DNA of 62,355 nucleotides. Origin: a virus. Its lineage: Duplodnaviria > Caudoviricetes. Of this stretch, positions 26,117 to 36,634 are shown piece by piece. The notes beneath the pieces were generated by a model. That model saw only the letters and a program-made list of their open reading frames with translations, ran no database searches and was not told the origin of the DNA. Every line of letters begins with the position of its first letter. The stretch's first letter is position 1. The stretch spans positions 1 to 62,355 of IMG/VR virus record IMGVR_UViG_3300030372_004273. One strand, written 5' to 3'. Position numbers and translations under genes: made by a program.

Positions 26117-27565
26117 GTGAGAGCAATGCGATATAAATTTAAATATAAACCTTATGATCACCAGATTGAAGCGTTAGAACGTTCATGGAAAAAACGATAC
26201 TATGCTTACTTTATGGATATGGGTACTGGAAAGTCTAAAGTACTTATTGATAACATAGCAATGCTATATGATAATGGTGAAATAGATTCAGCTTTGATCA
26301 TTGCACCTAAAGGTGTCTACAGAAACTGGGAACGTAAAGAATTACCAGAACATATCCCTGAACACATAGAAAGGGATATAGTTGTATGGTCACCAGAAAA
26401 AACACAAAAGAAACAAAAAGAGTTACAGATATTAAAAAAAGTAACAGATAACCTTGTGCTTTTCATAATGAATGTTGAAGCTCTATCAACCAAAAGAGGT
26501 TTTGAACAAGCAGATAAATTTTTGTTTACACATAGAGCAATGTTAGCAGTAGATGAAAGCACCACTATAAAATCTAGAACTGCAAGCAGAACAAAAAACT
26601 TAATAAAACTTTCTAAGAAAGCACCTTACAGAAGAATACTCACAGGATCACCAGTAACTAAATCACCTTTAGATTTGTTTACACAATGTGAGTTTTTAGA
26701 AGATCATATACTTGGTCACTCTTCGTTTTGGACTTTCCAAAATAGATATGCTAAAATGGTTAGAAGAACATTAGGTTCACATAGTTTTAACCAAATAGTA
26801 GGATATCAAAACCTGAGCGAGTTGAATGGGTTAATTGAAAAGTTTAGCTATAGGGTTAGAAAAGAACAATGTTTACAGTTACCTGATAAGGTCTACCAAA
26901 AAAGAATAGTTGAACTTACAGATAAACAAAAAGCTATATATGTTCAAATGAAAAAATCTGCTCTTGCTTTTGTAGAAACAGAAGGCATGATTAGTGCTTC
27001 AACTATATTGACACAAATTATAAGATTACAACAAGTGTGCTCAGGCTTTGCTAAGTTAGATGATGGTAAAACCATTTATCTAACAAACAATAAACTACCT
27101 GAGTTAATGTCAGCACTAGAAGAAACAGATGGCAAAGTAATTATATGGGCTAACTTTACTTACGATATCGAGAGTATATCTGCGAAGCTTTCTGACATAT
27201 ATGGTTCCAATACTGTTGCGTCTTATTACGGAGCCACTCCCAACGACGAGCGACAAAAGATTGTAGAAACATTTCAAGACCCCCAAAGTGAGTTAAGGTT
27301 TTTTGTTGGTCAGCCTAGAACTGGAGGGTTTGGTTTAACTTTAACTCAAGCTCATACTATAATATATTACAGTAATGGTTATGATTTAGAAGTTAGACTA
27401 CAAAGTGAAGATAGAGCTCACAGAATAGGTCAAACCAACAAAGTTACATATATAGACATTATTGCAGAAAAAACAATAGATGAAAAGATTTTAGTGGCAT
27501 TAAGAAATAAAATTGATATCAGTAGCCAAATATTAGCTGAGGGCTATAAGGAATGGATAATTTAG
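26117..27565 (+). CDS. SNF2-family (superfamily 2) helicase
   Basis: MDMGTGKS, VDEST, LTGSP, GFGLTL, QSEDRAHRIGQ. Confidence 0.93.
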   Translation: MRAMRYKFKYKPYDHQIEALERSWKKRYYAYFMDMGTGKSKVLIDNIAMLYDNGEIDSALIIAPKGVYRNWERKELPEHIPEHIERDIVVWSPEKTQKKQKELQILKKVTDNLVLFIMNVEALSTKRGFEQADKFLFTHRAMLAVDESTTIKSRTASRTKNLIKLSKKAPYRRILTGSPVTKSPLDLFTQCEFLEDHILGHSSFWTFQNRYAKMVRRTLGSHSFNQIVGYQNLSELNGLIEKFSYRVRKEQCLQLPDKVYQKRIVELTDKQKAIYVQMKKSALAFVETEGMISASTILTQIIRLQQVCSGFAKLDDGKTIYLTNNKLPELMSALEETDGKVIIWANFTYDIESISAKLSDIYGSNTVASYYGATPNDERQKIVETFQDPQSELRFFVGQPRTGGFGLTLTQAHTIIYYSNGYDLEVRLQSEDRAHRIGQTNKVTYIDIIAEKTIDEKILVALRNKIDISSQILAEGYKEWII

Positions 27566-28008
27566 AAGAAGAAGAGAAAAAGAAAAAACGAAATTTTCTT
27601 AGGAAGAAAAGGTGGTATCAAAACTGGTTGTTTGAAAAACTTGGATTAGAAAATGTAGATCCAGACCACCAAGAAACGCTTTTAGATAATACTCCTTTAG
27701 CAGAACAATTAGAAACTATTGACTTTGTAAAACATAAACCAAGAGTTTATTCAGACTGTTATATGCTCAATGAAAACATAACAGCAAATGAAGCTAGGGA
27801 ACGTGCAGAGCGTGCCGATAGAGAAAAAATTAGAAAACATTACATTAAACTTGGATATAAAAATGTAAGAGTAAAAAGCAGATGGGCTAATCAATCAGAA
27901 GCTACAAAAAAAGCTTGGGCGAATAAAACAGAAAAACAAAGAGCCAAGCATCTTAAAAATATCGCTAAAGGTATTAGAAAAAGTTTAAAAAATAAGAAAG
28001 CTAAGTAG
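27553..28008 (+). CDS. Hypothetical protein with a basic C-terminus
   Basis: Overlaps the helicase stop; SEATKKAWANKTEKQR resembles NUMOD3-type helices. Confidence 0.6.
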   Translation: MDNLEEEEKKKKRNFLRKKRWYQNWLFEKLGLENVDPDHQETLLDNTPLAEQLETIDFVKHKPRVYSDCYMLNENITANEARERAERADREKIRKHYIKLGYKNVRVKSRWANQSEATKKAWANKTEKQRAKHLKNIAKGIRKSLKNKKAK

Positions 28009-28474
28009 GTCTTTGCATGACCAAATAAATAATAGCTATTATAGAGCCAACAAGCACTATAGAACCCAATATAACTCCAGTTATATTTATTATATTTTGT
28101 CTTAACTCTTGTTGAGCGTACAGTTGTTCCTGACGTTCTTTACGAATTTTTACTTGCATTTTAAGTAGATCACTCCATGCGTTTGGTCCATGAACCATGT
28201 TTATCCAAGTGCGTAGTTCATCTTCCATTGCCTCAGCTTTTTTCTTAGCCGCGAATGCGTCCATAGCTTCTTGTTCTACTGAAGAGCCATTAAATAATTT
28301 TTTAAATATAGGTGGATTTTTTGCCATTTTTTCTGCATGATTAACATCTGATATTGCTCCCATCCATTTACCAATGTCACCATACATAGATTCAACATCT
28401 CTCCCTGCTTGGAAACCTTTCTTTATGATAGAAAAAGCTGAACTTGCAACAGCTAAAGCACTCACTGGATCCAT
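28001..28474 (-). CDS. Hypothetical membrane-anchored protein
   Basis: MDPVSALA N-terminus, coiled region and C-terminal hydrophobic helix. Confidence 0.75.
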   Translation of the reverse strand: MDPVSALAVASSAFSIIKKGFQAGRDVESMYGDIGKWMGAISDVNHAEKMAKNPPIFKKLFNGSSVEQEAMDAFAAKKKAEAMEDELRTWINMVHGPNAWSDLLKMQVKIRKERQEQLYAQQELRQNIINITGVILGSIVLVGSIIAIIYLVMQRPT

Positions 28475-28476
28475 AA

Positions 28477-31400
28477 CTAACCTATAAGATTAGTTATACC
28501 ACCTGATCCTCTTCTATTTTCTATGGCTTGGGAAGTAGGGTCAAATGGGAATAGCTCAGATACAGATGTATTAACGTTTGTGTTCGCAGGAGAAGGAGCA
28601 GTTGTATTCATAGCTAATTGACTTACGTTAGGTATAGGTTGAGTTTGGGGTAAAGGTTCTGGCTCCGTTAAATCACTGGCACTTGTAGGTTCTATGGTGA
28701 TTGTTTGTGGTTTTGGTGGACCTTTAACATCATCAAGTGGAATAATCATATTTCTTTGTTCAGGAGTATCATAAAAATAAGGTATACCCATATTGAAAAA
28801 ATAAGCACCAATTTGTCTATCTAATTCAGGAGTAATAGTAAAATCTTTTTCAGATTGTTTTAATAACATTTTAGCAAACTCTGGATCCATCATTGCATTT
28901 TCAAATATTGCATCTGCTTTTGCTTGAGCATTTGCTCTGTACGCTCTGCCTAACAAAAAGATTAAAGCTGTTCTTGGGCTAATTCTTCCTTCAGCTTGTG
29001 CATAGAACCTTGATTGAATAGCCGTAAAACTTGAACCTATTTTTTGTTGTACTTTAGCCATGAAATCTCTTGCACCTATACCAGGACCTTCTTCCATGCC
29101 TGTGAGTAAAGCTCTTTCAAAAGCATCAGCTATAACAAACATATTATTTGTGTGACCTTTACTAAAAGCTGTATCTAAAATATTTGAGTTTTCATTTATC
29201 CATTGTTTAAATTTTGCAGGATTTTCCATAGCACTTGGAGCTTTTTTCAACAATGTTTCCATTACAGATTGATTGAAAGCCTTTAAAACTCCAGGATCAT
29301 TTTCTTTTTTAGCAGTACTTATAGCGATTTGTTTTAAATCTTTTAAAATACTTAAATCATCAAAAGCTGAGTTTAATAATTTTTGAGGTTTGTCTGTATC
29401 GTTTGCTTTCATGACTGCTTTCCACAAACGACTATTAGAAACTGTTTTTGCTCTTTGATGTAACAAATCTTTTCTTGTAAAAGCATATTGTAGAGCTGAA
29501 CCTTGTTGGCTTAAATCACTCCAAATACCAAATTCTTTTAACCACTCTGAGTTTTTATTAATATATTGTTGTACTTTTCCAGGATCTAAAAACCTTTCTC
29601 CTGCTTTTCCACTCATAGACTTAGAAACTAAATCATCAATAATAACATTTTTTAAATCCGCACGAGTAATCCTATCTGTTCCAAGACCTGTTTCAGGGAA
29701 AATTTCATTAAACTGTTTAATCGCTTTCACACTACCAATAAAAGCATTTGCTTGAGCTTCACCATCTAATAAATAAATAGGACTAGTGTCACTTGATCCT
29801 GCATCTTTAGATAAAACTTGTTGAATTCTTCCGTTGGAAAAAGGTATTGTATACTGCTCATTATAAGCTTTATTGAAAGTTTCAAAATTAGGTTTTGTGT
29901 TAGCGAAAGCACCACCAAAATCATCTATTATTTTAGAAAAACTAATTAACATTCTAGCACCAGTTTTATCTTTTACTGCTAAAGCTTTTCCAATTTCATT
30001 GCTTATTTGTTCTTTGTATATTTTCCAATCTTGAAAAGTAATTTTATCTTTAGGTCTTTTTAAAAATTCAGTTATGATTTTAGGCAACCCCTTATAAGAC
30101 AAACTATCTTGAACGTTTATTGGCAACATTGCTGACAATTGAGTTTGTGCTGACCCCATTTGGCTAGCACTAGCTATTTCATCAGTATTATTAATTCCAA
30201 GAGTTGTGGCTAAATCTTCTAAATTTTGTAAAGCATTCTTTTTAGCTTCTTCTACTCTTTTGGCTATATTAGTTCCCACTTGAGCTTTGTTATCAAGAGT
30301 ATTAAATCCACTAGTTGTAATGTCTTCTAACTTATCTGACCACTTATCACTTCCCTTTTGCCAGTTGTTAGCTATAGTTTCAAGTTTATTTTTTGATACA
30401 TTCATAACCATAGTGGGAGCAGACTCTACATTATTTACTGTAGGAGAATAATCAAATTTAGCTTTCATAAAACCTCTAACAGCATTTATTATATTTGCTA
30501 TTCTTGCTTGGTTAGCTCTTATAAAATCAGGATCTGCGGCTCCTAATATATTTTTTTGTTCTGCTGTTAATGGTGCATCTAATGTCATTTCTGCAGGAGT
30601 AAAAATTATTTCTTCATTTGCATAAGGGGCTAAGTCAGTAGCTATTTCTTCTGCTCTTTGTGCATTTACTAAACCATCTCCTGAATCATACGCTTTTTTA
30701 ATTTGTTTTTGTACTTCATCTGTAGCTTTTACTTCTGCGTCTCTTTTAGCTTGTCCAGTAAGCCAGTTTTTCATGAAGCCAAACCCTCTTCCTATAAAAC
30801 TGTTTCTAGCCATATTGTAAGTACCCATAATTAATCCAGGAACGGCAATCGTAGGAGCCATAGCTCCTGCAGAAGCTCCGATTCCTGTATCTGTACCATA
30901 TATATCTTTTTCTAATTGTCCACCCATTTCTGCTCCACCACCTGATAAACCACCAAACAAAGTATCTAGAGCAGTCATAAAAACAGGATTTTTACCATAA
31001 GAACGAGCCATGTCTTGATATATTCTTTGAAACGTCGGACCCATTTTAGTTCCAATAGCTTGACTAGCATAGTTTAGTGGCATTTCTAAAGCTTTAGATC
31101 CTTTTGATAATAATCCTCCACTTATAGGAAGAGTTAAAGCAGTACCTTCTCCTATTCCTCGTAATGTTTTAGCTACAGCACCTGTAGGATCTACCTTTTC
31201 ACCTAGACCATAACTTAATATGTATGGGATAAGAACTTTTTTAGTTTCGTAATCGTTACTATTAAACAATCTATTTAAATAATTTCTACTCGTTTCATTT
31301 TCTTTTACAAAGCCTAACTTTTCTCCAATTTCAGCACCTACGTTTATAATTTCATCAGGTAGTTTTGTAAGTATATCGTTTGCTCCTGCAAAAGGTTGAT

Positions 31401-31602
31401 ACAACATGTTGTATAATGTTCCATAATTATCGCTAACAGGAAAAGGTTGATTTTCTAATGTTATAGGAGCTTTTTGAGAAAGGTCAGCTCCTCGTAAATC
31501 AGGCACAACATTAAAAACATCTGGTCTTACAACGTCTAAATTTTGTACATTGTACTCTTTTATTTGATTAGAATTTGGTGGAGTTATTGAAATTGTTGCC
31601 AT
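28477..31602 (-). CDS. Large putative internal virion / DNA ejection protein
   Basis: 1041 aa, helical, Gly/Ala-rich segments; distal to the tail genes. Confidence 0.6.
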   Translation of the reverse strand: MATISITPPNSNQIKEYNVQNLDVVRPDVFNVVPDLRGADLSQKAPITLENQPFPVSDNYGTLYNMLYQPFAGANDILTKLPDEIINVGAEIGEKLGFVKENETSRNYLNRLFNSNDYETKKVLIPYILSYGLGEKVDPTGAVAKTLRGIGEGTALTLPISGGLLSKGSKALEMPLNYASQAIGTKMGPTFQRIYQDMARSYGKNPVFMTALDTLFGGLSGGGAEMGGQLEKDIYGTDTGIGASAGAMAPTIAVPGLIMGTYNMARNSFIGRGFGFMKNWLTGQAKRDAEVKATDEVQKQIKKAYDSGDGLVNAQRAEEIATDLAPYANEEIIFTPAEMTLDAPLTAEQKNILGAADPDFIRANQARIANIINAVRGFMKAKFDYSPTVNNVESAPTMVMNVSKNKLETIANNWQKGSDKWSDKLEDITTSGFNTLDNKAQVGTNIAKRVEEAKKNALQNLEDLATTLGINNTDEIASASQMGSAQTQLSAMLPINVQDSLSYKGLPKIITEFLKRPKDKITFQDWKIYKEQISNEIGKALAVKDKTGARMLISFSKIIDDFGGAFANTKPNFETFNKAYNEQYTIPFSNGRIQQVLSKDAGSSDTSPIYLLDGEAQANAFIGSVKAIKQFNEIFPETGLGTDRITRADLKNVIIDDLVSKSMSGKAGERFLDPGKVQQYINKNSEWLKEFGIWSDLSQQGSALQYAFTRKDLLHQRAKTVSNSRLWKAVMKANDTDKPQKLLNSAFDDLSILKDLKQIAISTAKKENDPGVLKAFNQSVMETLLKKAPSAMENPAKFKQWINENSNILDTAFSKGHTNNMFVIADAFERALLTGMEEGPGIGARDFMAKVQQKIGSSFTAIQSRFYAQAEGRISPRTALIFLLGRAYRANAQAKADAIFENAMMDPEFAKMLLKQSEKDFTITPELDRQIGAYFFNMGIPYFYDTPEQRNMIIPLDDVKGPPKPQTITIEPTSASDLTEPEPLPQTQPIPNVSQLAMNTTAPSPANTNVNTSVSELFPFDPTSQAIENRRGSGGITNLIG

Positions 31603-31611
31603 GTAATTCCT

Positions 31612-34218
31612 TTAATTATTAAAAGTGAATGAATTAGTATTTTGGTCATATCCAATAATTGTTAAATCTTTATAATCAGCATCTTGAGGTATGTTAATTC
31701 CTAGCTGTAGAGCTTGTTGTTTTGGAAACCTTACTGTTATACCTTTACCACCATTGATATTACTCCAATCTACACCTTGTTTAGCTAAAACTTGCAAATA
31801 ATCCATTTGTCCATAACCCATGTATTTTACTGGATCGTTTGGAGTACCAGAAGGCATAGAATTTAATTGATAAGCCATAACGCCTGAACTGGCTCCTCCT
31901 GCCATTTCTGCTGTTAAATAGTTTACTTGATTGATCATCATTCGTGTTAACTCTTGAAATCTTACTTTACTCGCGGCAGGATTATCAATCCACTTTCTTG
32001 GGTCTTCTGCTAAGTTAATAATATATTGTTGTTCAGCCCATGCGTATCTATCACTGATTGCTAAACCACGAGCTAATTCTTTTGCGTATAAATCCATAAT
32101 TTCTTTACCTTGCTCTGAACCTAAAAATTCAGTCCATTTATTCAAGGTAGTTGGATCAAAAGGAGCAAGAGTATTAGTTGCCATACCTTTTAAAGTAGCT
32201 TTAAAACCAACTGCTTGATCTATAGCTTTCATAACATCTTGTGTTTTGTTCAAAATTAAATTTAAGTTATGAACTTTTTCAGTCATTTGTTTCATTCTTT
32301 CAGTAGAAATCATACCTACTGGAGTATTGGTTAATGGCATATATTCAGCTAAAGGATTACCACCTATATGATTTCCGTTAGCATCTTCTTTGCGAGGAGC
32401 AACTTGATATTCAGGTGACATATTAATTTGTCGTAAAACAGTATCTTTTATACCATCACCAGTTGTATCTACTTTAATTTCCTCACCTAGCAGTTTAAAT
32501 AAATCAAATTGAGAAACAACCTTTTGTCCTGCGTTCGGTCCTGTTTTATATGTTGTTATTGTTCTTCCATCACCTTTAGCATCTACTGATATTATATCAC
32601 TTTCATTTCCTGCTATAGCATCAATAGGAACTTGTTTTCTCTGCATAGTAACCGTTCCGTCTTCAGCTTGCACAGGAACATCTATAAAATATCCTGCTTT
32701 TGGTGCGAAATATCCAGGAACTTGCACATAACCAGATTGATCTGTTCTCAAAGGTTGACCATTGATTAACATATCAATTGTTCCATCACCGTTTGAATCT
32801 TTACCAAAATGTGTATTGTACCAACGTAAAGGAATTAAAATATTTTTTGCTTTTGAACCAGAAAAATCAACTCCTGGTTTATTTGCTTCAGTGTAGTTCA
32901 TTGTATTTAATTTTATGGCGTTTTTAGGAATAGGAGTTCCATCAAGCATAACTAAACCATCTCCAGATTTTCTAACTGTAAAAGGTTTACCATCTCCACC
33001 CTCTTTTTTTGGAACATAATATGTATCTGTCGTTGCAAGCATAAAGCTATTATTGTCTCTGTAAGCCATTTCTTGAGCATTATTTATTGTAGCTACATTG
33101 AACTTCATTGTTTCTAATGCTTTTGTTGTCCCCGTTTTAAACATTTCTAACTTAGCTTGTTCAAAAGTTTTATTTTCAAGGTTTTGTGTGCTGAGAGCAT
33201 TAACAGCTAAATTTAAATCTTGTTGTTCTTTAGCAAGTCTTTCTTGAGTAGCTATAGCTAAAGCACCTTCTTTTTCTTTAGCTTCTGCTTGAGCAAGTAA
33301 AGCAGACACTTGTCCGAGGTCTTTTGTAAGTCCAGGAGCTTGAGCAGTTAAAGCTTGTAATAAACCACCTAAACCTTCACCACCTTCGCTAGCAACTCCT
33401 GCTCCAAACCTAGCTAGAGCTAAAGCATTTTGAATATTGGCTTGTTTCTTTACATCATCACTTAAACCTAATGCTTCCCTTTCAGCCATAATTTGCTCTA
33501 CTGTTCTAGGCTTTTTAATAAAAGGAGCTAAAAACTGTTGTTGATCTGCTAAAATTTCTTCTTTTGTTCTAACAGTTGGTAGGTAAGGAAGACTTGCTTG
33601 TACATATTGATTACCTTCTTGCACAGCTTTATTAAGATCTAACAAGCTATAATTTGGCACACCAGAACCTGACAAAGGATACATTGAAGTATCAGGAGTA
33701 TATGTATTTCCTAAATAATTTTCTCCTAATCGTCGTAAATTTAAACCTCTTTGTTGCTCTGCAAACATTTCATTCATTCCACCCATGTAGAAATTTTTAG
33801 GTTGTTCTCCCATTTGTATTCTAGAAATAGCTTCTTCCATTCCTGGAGATTGTACAATCCCACCTTGTAAAGAAGCATCTTGTTCCATGGGCATGGTTTC
33901 TTCTTGCATGGTGCTTGGATTCTGTGCAACCTCCATTGCTTCAAACAAAGGCTGTACAATAGTTAAAACAGATTCAGGTGTTTTGCTTGCATCAGTTTCA
34001 CCTACATATCCTGCTAATTCAGCACGACGTTGATCAACTGTTGCTGAGTCACCCCTAATTAAATCCATTATTTGTTTAGGGTCTTCAGCATTATCTACTT
34101 CTTGGTTAAATTGTTCAAAACCTTCAGCTAATTCTGTAAGACCAGAAGTAATCCCAGTACCATCAGAAGCTTGTGTTGTCGGTTGTTGAAGTTTTAAAAT
34201 TTCATCTAGTCCTGCCAT
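31612..34218 (-). CDS. Putative internal virion / ejection protein
   Basis: 868 aa, Gln/Ala-rich coiled N-half; ejection-module position. Confidence 0.6.
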   Translation of the reverse strand: MAGLDEILKLQQPTTQASDGTGITSGLTELAEGFEQFNQEVDNAEDPKQIMDLIRGDSATVDQRRAELAGYVGETDASKTPESVLTIVQPLFEAMEVAQNPSTMQEETMPMEQDASLQGGIVQSPGMEEAISRIQMGEQPKNFYMGGMNEMFAEQQRGLNLRRLGENYLGNTYTPDTSMYPLSGSGVPNYSLLDLNKAVQEGNQYVQASLPYLPTVRTKEEILADQQQFLAPFIKKPRTVEQIMAEREALGLSDDVKKQANIQNALALARFGAGVASEGGEGLGGLLQALTAQAPGLTKDLGQVSALLAQAEAKEKEGALAIATQERLAKEQQDLNLAVNALSTQNLENKTFEQAKLEMFKTGTTKALETMKFNVATINNAQEMAYRDNNSFMLATTDTYYVPKKEGGDGKPFTVRKSGDGLVMLDGTPIPKNAIKLNTMNYTEANKPGVDFSGSKAKNILIPLRWYNTHFGKDSNGDGTIDMLINGQPLRTDQSGYVQVPGYFAPKAGYFIDVPVQAEDGTVTMQRKQVPIDAIAGNESDIISVDAKGDGRTITTYKTGPNAGQKVVSQFDLFKLLGEEIKVDTTGDGIKDTVLRQINMSPEYQVAPRKEDANGNHIGGNPLAEYMPLTNTPVGMISTERMKQMTEKVHNLNLILNKTQDVMKAIDQAVGFKATLKGMATNTLAPFDPTTLNKWTEFLGSEQGKEIMDLYAKELARGLAISDRYAWAEQQYIINLAEDPRKWIDNPAASKVRFQELTRMMINQVNYLTAEMAGGASSGVMAYQLNSMPSGTPNDPVKYMGYGQMDYLQVLAKQGVDWSNINGGKGITVRFPKQQALQLGINIPQDADYKDLTIIGYDQNTNSFTFNN

Positions 34219-34227
34219 TTATGTTCC

Positions 34228-35133
34228 TTAGGTAAAAATATTTTTTCCTGCTCCATATAAACTAGCTCCAGTTATACCACCACCTACTAATTGATTTAAA
34301 AAGGAAGGTCCTGGGTCAGCAGGAGCTGTAGTATACTGCATAGTAGAACTAGGAGCACCTTGATAAATGTCACTCAAAAAAGCTAAACGTTGATAAGGCT
34401 CTTGTTGATCTTTCATTATATTTTTCCTTGCTACGTCTAACTCTGCTTGTTTTTGGGCTTGTTGTTTTGTACCCATGTCGTACAACATTCCTGCATCTTT
34501 AAACCCTAAGTCTTGTGTTAGTCCTGCAATCCCTGCAAACTGATTACCTAATCCTGCCATTGCTTTTCCTGCCGCGAGATCTCTACCTCTAGCTCCTTCG
34601 AATGCACCAAGAGCCATTTTACTTGCATCACCATAACCTTTATATAATAAGTCTGCAGTAGCTTTACTGGTTCTGTCAGCTACATCTCCTGCCATTTGAG
34701 CACCTACAATAGCTTGACGACCACCACCAAATGCGTTTTGGGAAGCAGACCCTAAACCTAATTGATTTTGTAACATAGCATTTTGTTTTAAAGCTTCTTT
34801 CGTATAAACATCAATAACATTGGGTGCGTAAGGATTCATAAAGTCAGCAATAGTATTAGGATCAAAATCACCCTGACTTGCTTTAAAAGCTACATCGGCA
34901 TCATCTAAACTAGCAATACCTTTATCTAAAGAAGTTGTGTAGTTACCTACGTTATCTAATATTTGATTATAAGCTTTTGTTTGAGCAGGATCCATTCCTG
35001 CTATTTCAAAATCTGGTATACCACCTTTAGGAGCTTTACTAGCTAACTCTTTAGCCATTTCCATAAGAGATAGTTTATAAGCTTCTACTTCTGGACTTTC
35101 TCTTTGTATTACTTCAGTTGTTTCGTACGCCAT
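34228..35133 (-). CDS. Putative DNA ejection (pilot-like) protein
   Basis: FMNPY, AFGGGRQ, Q...Q.ELD, PYQRLAF motifs; Gly/Ala/Gln-rich. Confidence 0.65.
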   Translation of the reverse strand: MAYETTEVIQRESPEVEAYKLSLMEMAKELASKAPKGGIPDFEIAGMDPAQTKAYNQILDNVGNYTTSLDKGIASLDDADVAFKASQGDFDPNTIADFMNPYAPNVIDVYTKEALKQNAMLQNQLGLGSASQNAFGGGRQAIVGAQMAGDVADRTSKATADLLYKGYGDASKMALGAFEGARGRDLAAGKAMAGLGNQFAGIAGLTQDLGFKDAGMLYDMGTKQQAQKQAELDVARKNIMKDQQEPYQRLAFLSDIYQGAPSSTMQYTTAPADPGPSFLNQLVGGGITGASLYGAGKNIFT

Positions 35134-36398
35134 TACGCCACCTTGTTTTCTAATTGTTTCATCATTTTGTACATCTTCGCGGCTCCTTTTTTACGGTTGC
35201 CTCCTCCTGCTCCTTTTACAGCACTTGCAGTAAATACAAACTCACCATCACTAAGCATGGCAGGAATAGAATCACTTGTTCCTGTTCCTGGTCCAGATAT
35301 TTCTCCACCAGAATCTCTATATACAATAGGCAAGTAACTAGAATCATAATAAGGATTGCCACTAAAAAAATCTTTTCCACCATAGTATTTATCAGGTTCC
35401 ATTTCCAATAAATCTGCACCTGTCATTGGAATGTACTCTTCTCCCTCTTCAGGCTGATTCATTAAAGAGTAAGCACCAATACCTCCTGCTCCTACCATAG
35501 CTAATGGTAAATATTTTTGGAAAGTAGAAGGTTCTGCGTCTTTAATAAGTTTATCTAACATAGCTTTCTTAGTATCTGCATTTATAGTACCTTCACCTAA
35601 AATGCCTTCATACTTGGCTACATTAGTATCTAAAGCTTTTTCCAAAGCATCATTACTTACGTTTAGTGATGGTCTACTAGGACTAAGGTTAGTTTCATAA
35701 AATTCTTTTCCTACGTTTATTGGTCTTTCAATATACTTTTCATAAAAATTTGCATCGTCTCCTGTAAACATGCCTGTTTTGTCAGGCATACCCATAGATT
35801 CTGGTGTGGTTACGTTACCAGATAAATCTACACCATACTTATCATAATAAGCTTGCTCACTAGCTAACTTTTCCATAGGAGTTTTGTAAGTAGGCGACCT
35901 ACCCAAAAATCCTCTACCACTTGCCATACTTCCAAGTCCTGCAACTCCTCCTGTAACTAAAGCATTTTTCAAAGCATCTTTAGGTTTAGATCCTCCTATC
36001 ATACTTCCTGCAAAACTACCAATACCAGTTGACAAAGCTAAAGGCATAGCAGGAAACAATATAGGAGCAACCATAGGTAAAACTACGGGAGCAATTTTTT
36101 TAACAACTCCTTTTAGTTTTTTAAATAATTTTTTGAAGAAAAATTCTGGTTGACCAGTTACAGGATTTATACTGTTTAACTCATTACCTACAACATATTG
36201 TTCAGGGTCTAGCCCCATTTCTTCCATTTGGCTAAACAACATCTTTTTCATTTTAGGATTAGCTTCTAAAACTTTTAAGGGTACGACTGTTTCACCCTCT
36301 TCAGCGTGAACAATGTATGTATCACCTTCACGACCAAAGGTTGCAAGGTAGTCTGCTGTTTGTTTAAATTCTGGTAGTGTTTCTATTCCTTGCGTCAT
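35133..36398 (-). CDS. Putative virion / ejection protein
   Basis: GREGDT..VH, INPVTGQPEFF, hydrophobic Gly-rich segment, C-terminal GPGTGTSDSIPAMLSDGEFV. Confidence 0.65.
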   Translation of the reverse strand: MTQGIETLPEFKQTADYLATFGREGDTYIVHAEEGETVVPLKVLEANPKMKKMLFSQMEEMGLDPEQYVVGNELNSINPVTGQPEFFFKKLFKKLKGVVKKIAPVVLPMVAPILFPAMPLALSTGIGSFAGSMIGGSKPKDALKNALVTGGVAGLGSMASGRGFLGRSPTYKTPMEKLASEQAYYDKYGVDLSGNVTTPESMGMPDKTGMFTGDDANFYEKYIERPINVGKEFYETNLSPSRPSLNVSNDALEKALDTNVAKYEGILGEGTINADTKKAMLDKLIKDAEPSTFQKYLPLAMVGAGGIGAYSLMNQPEEGEEYIPMTGADLLEMEPDKYYGGKDFFSGNPYYDSSYLPIVYRDSGGEISGPGTGTSDSIPAMLSDGEFVFTASAVKGAGGGNRKKGAAKMYKMMKQLENKVA

Positions 36399-36634
36399 GT
36401 CACTATCTTAACAGTTCCTGAATCATTATACAATGCTCCTGTCTCTAATCCTGATGCACTTGTGGGTAAATCGGTTAAAGTGAGTTGCGATCCACGCATT
36501 ATTCCAGGATTGTTTGTCTGCTCTATAAATACTTCTAACGCACGAGTTAAATCTTGTAAATAGATTTGTACATTAAAAGGTAAATCTTCTGGTGGGTTAG
36601 GTAGTCTTGGTGGTGGCACATCACGAGTAGGCAT
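36395..36634 (-). CDS. Small virion-associated protein
   Basis: LPTSASGLETGALYNDSGTVKI terminal motif; coupled to the nozzle gene. Confidence 0.7.
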   Translation of the reverse strand: MPTRDVPPPRLPNPPEDLPFNVQIYLQDLTRALEVFIEQTNNPGIMRGSQLTLTDLPTSASGLETGALYNDSGTVKIVT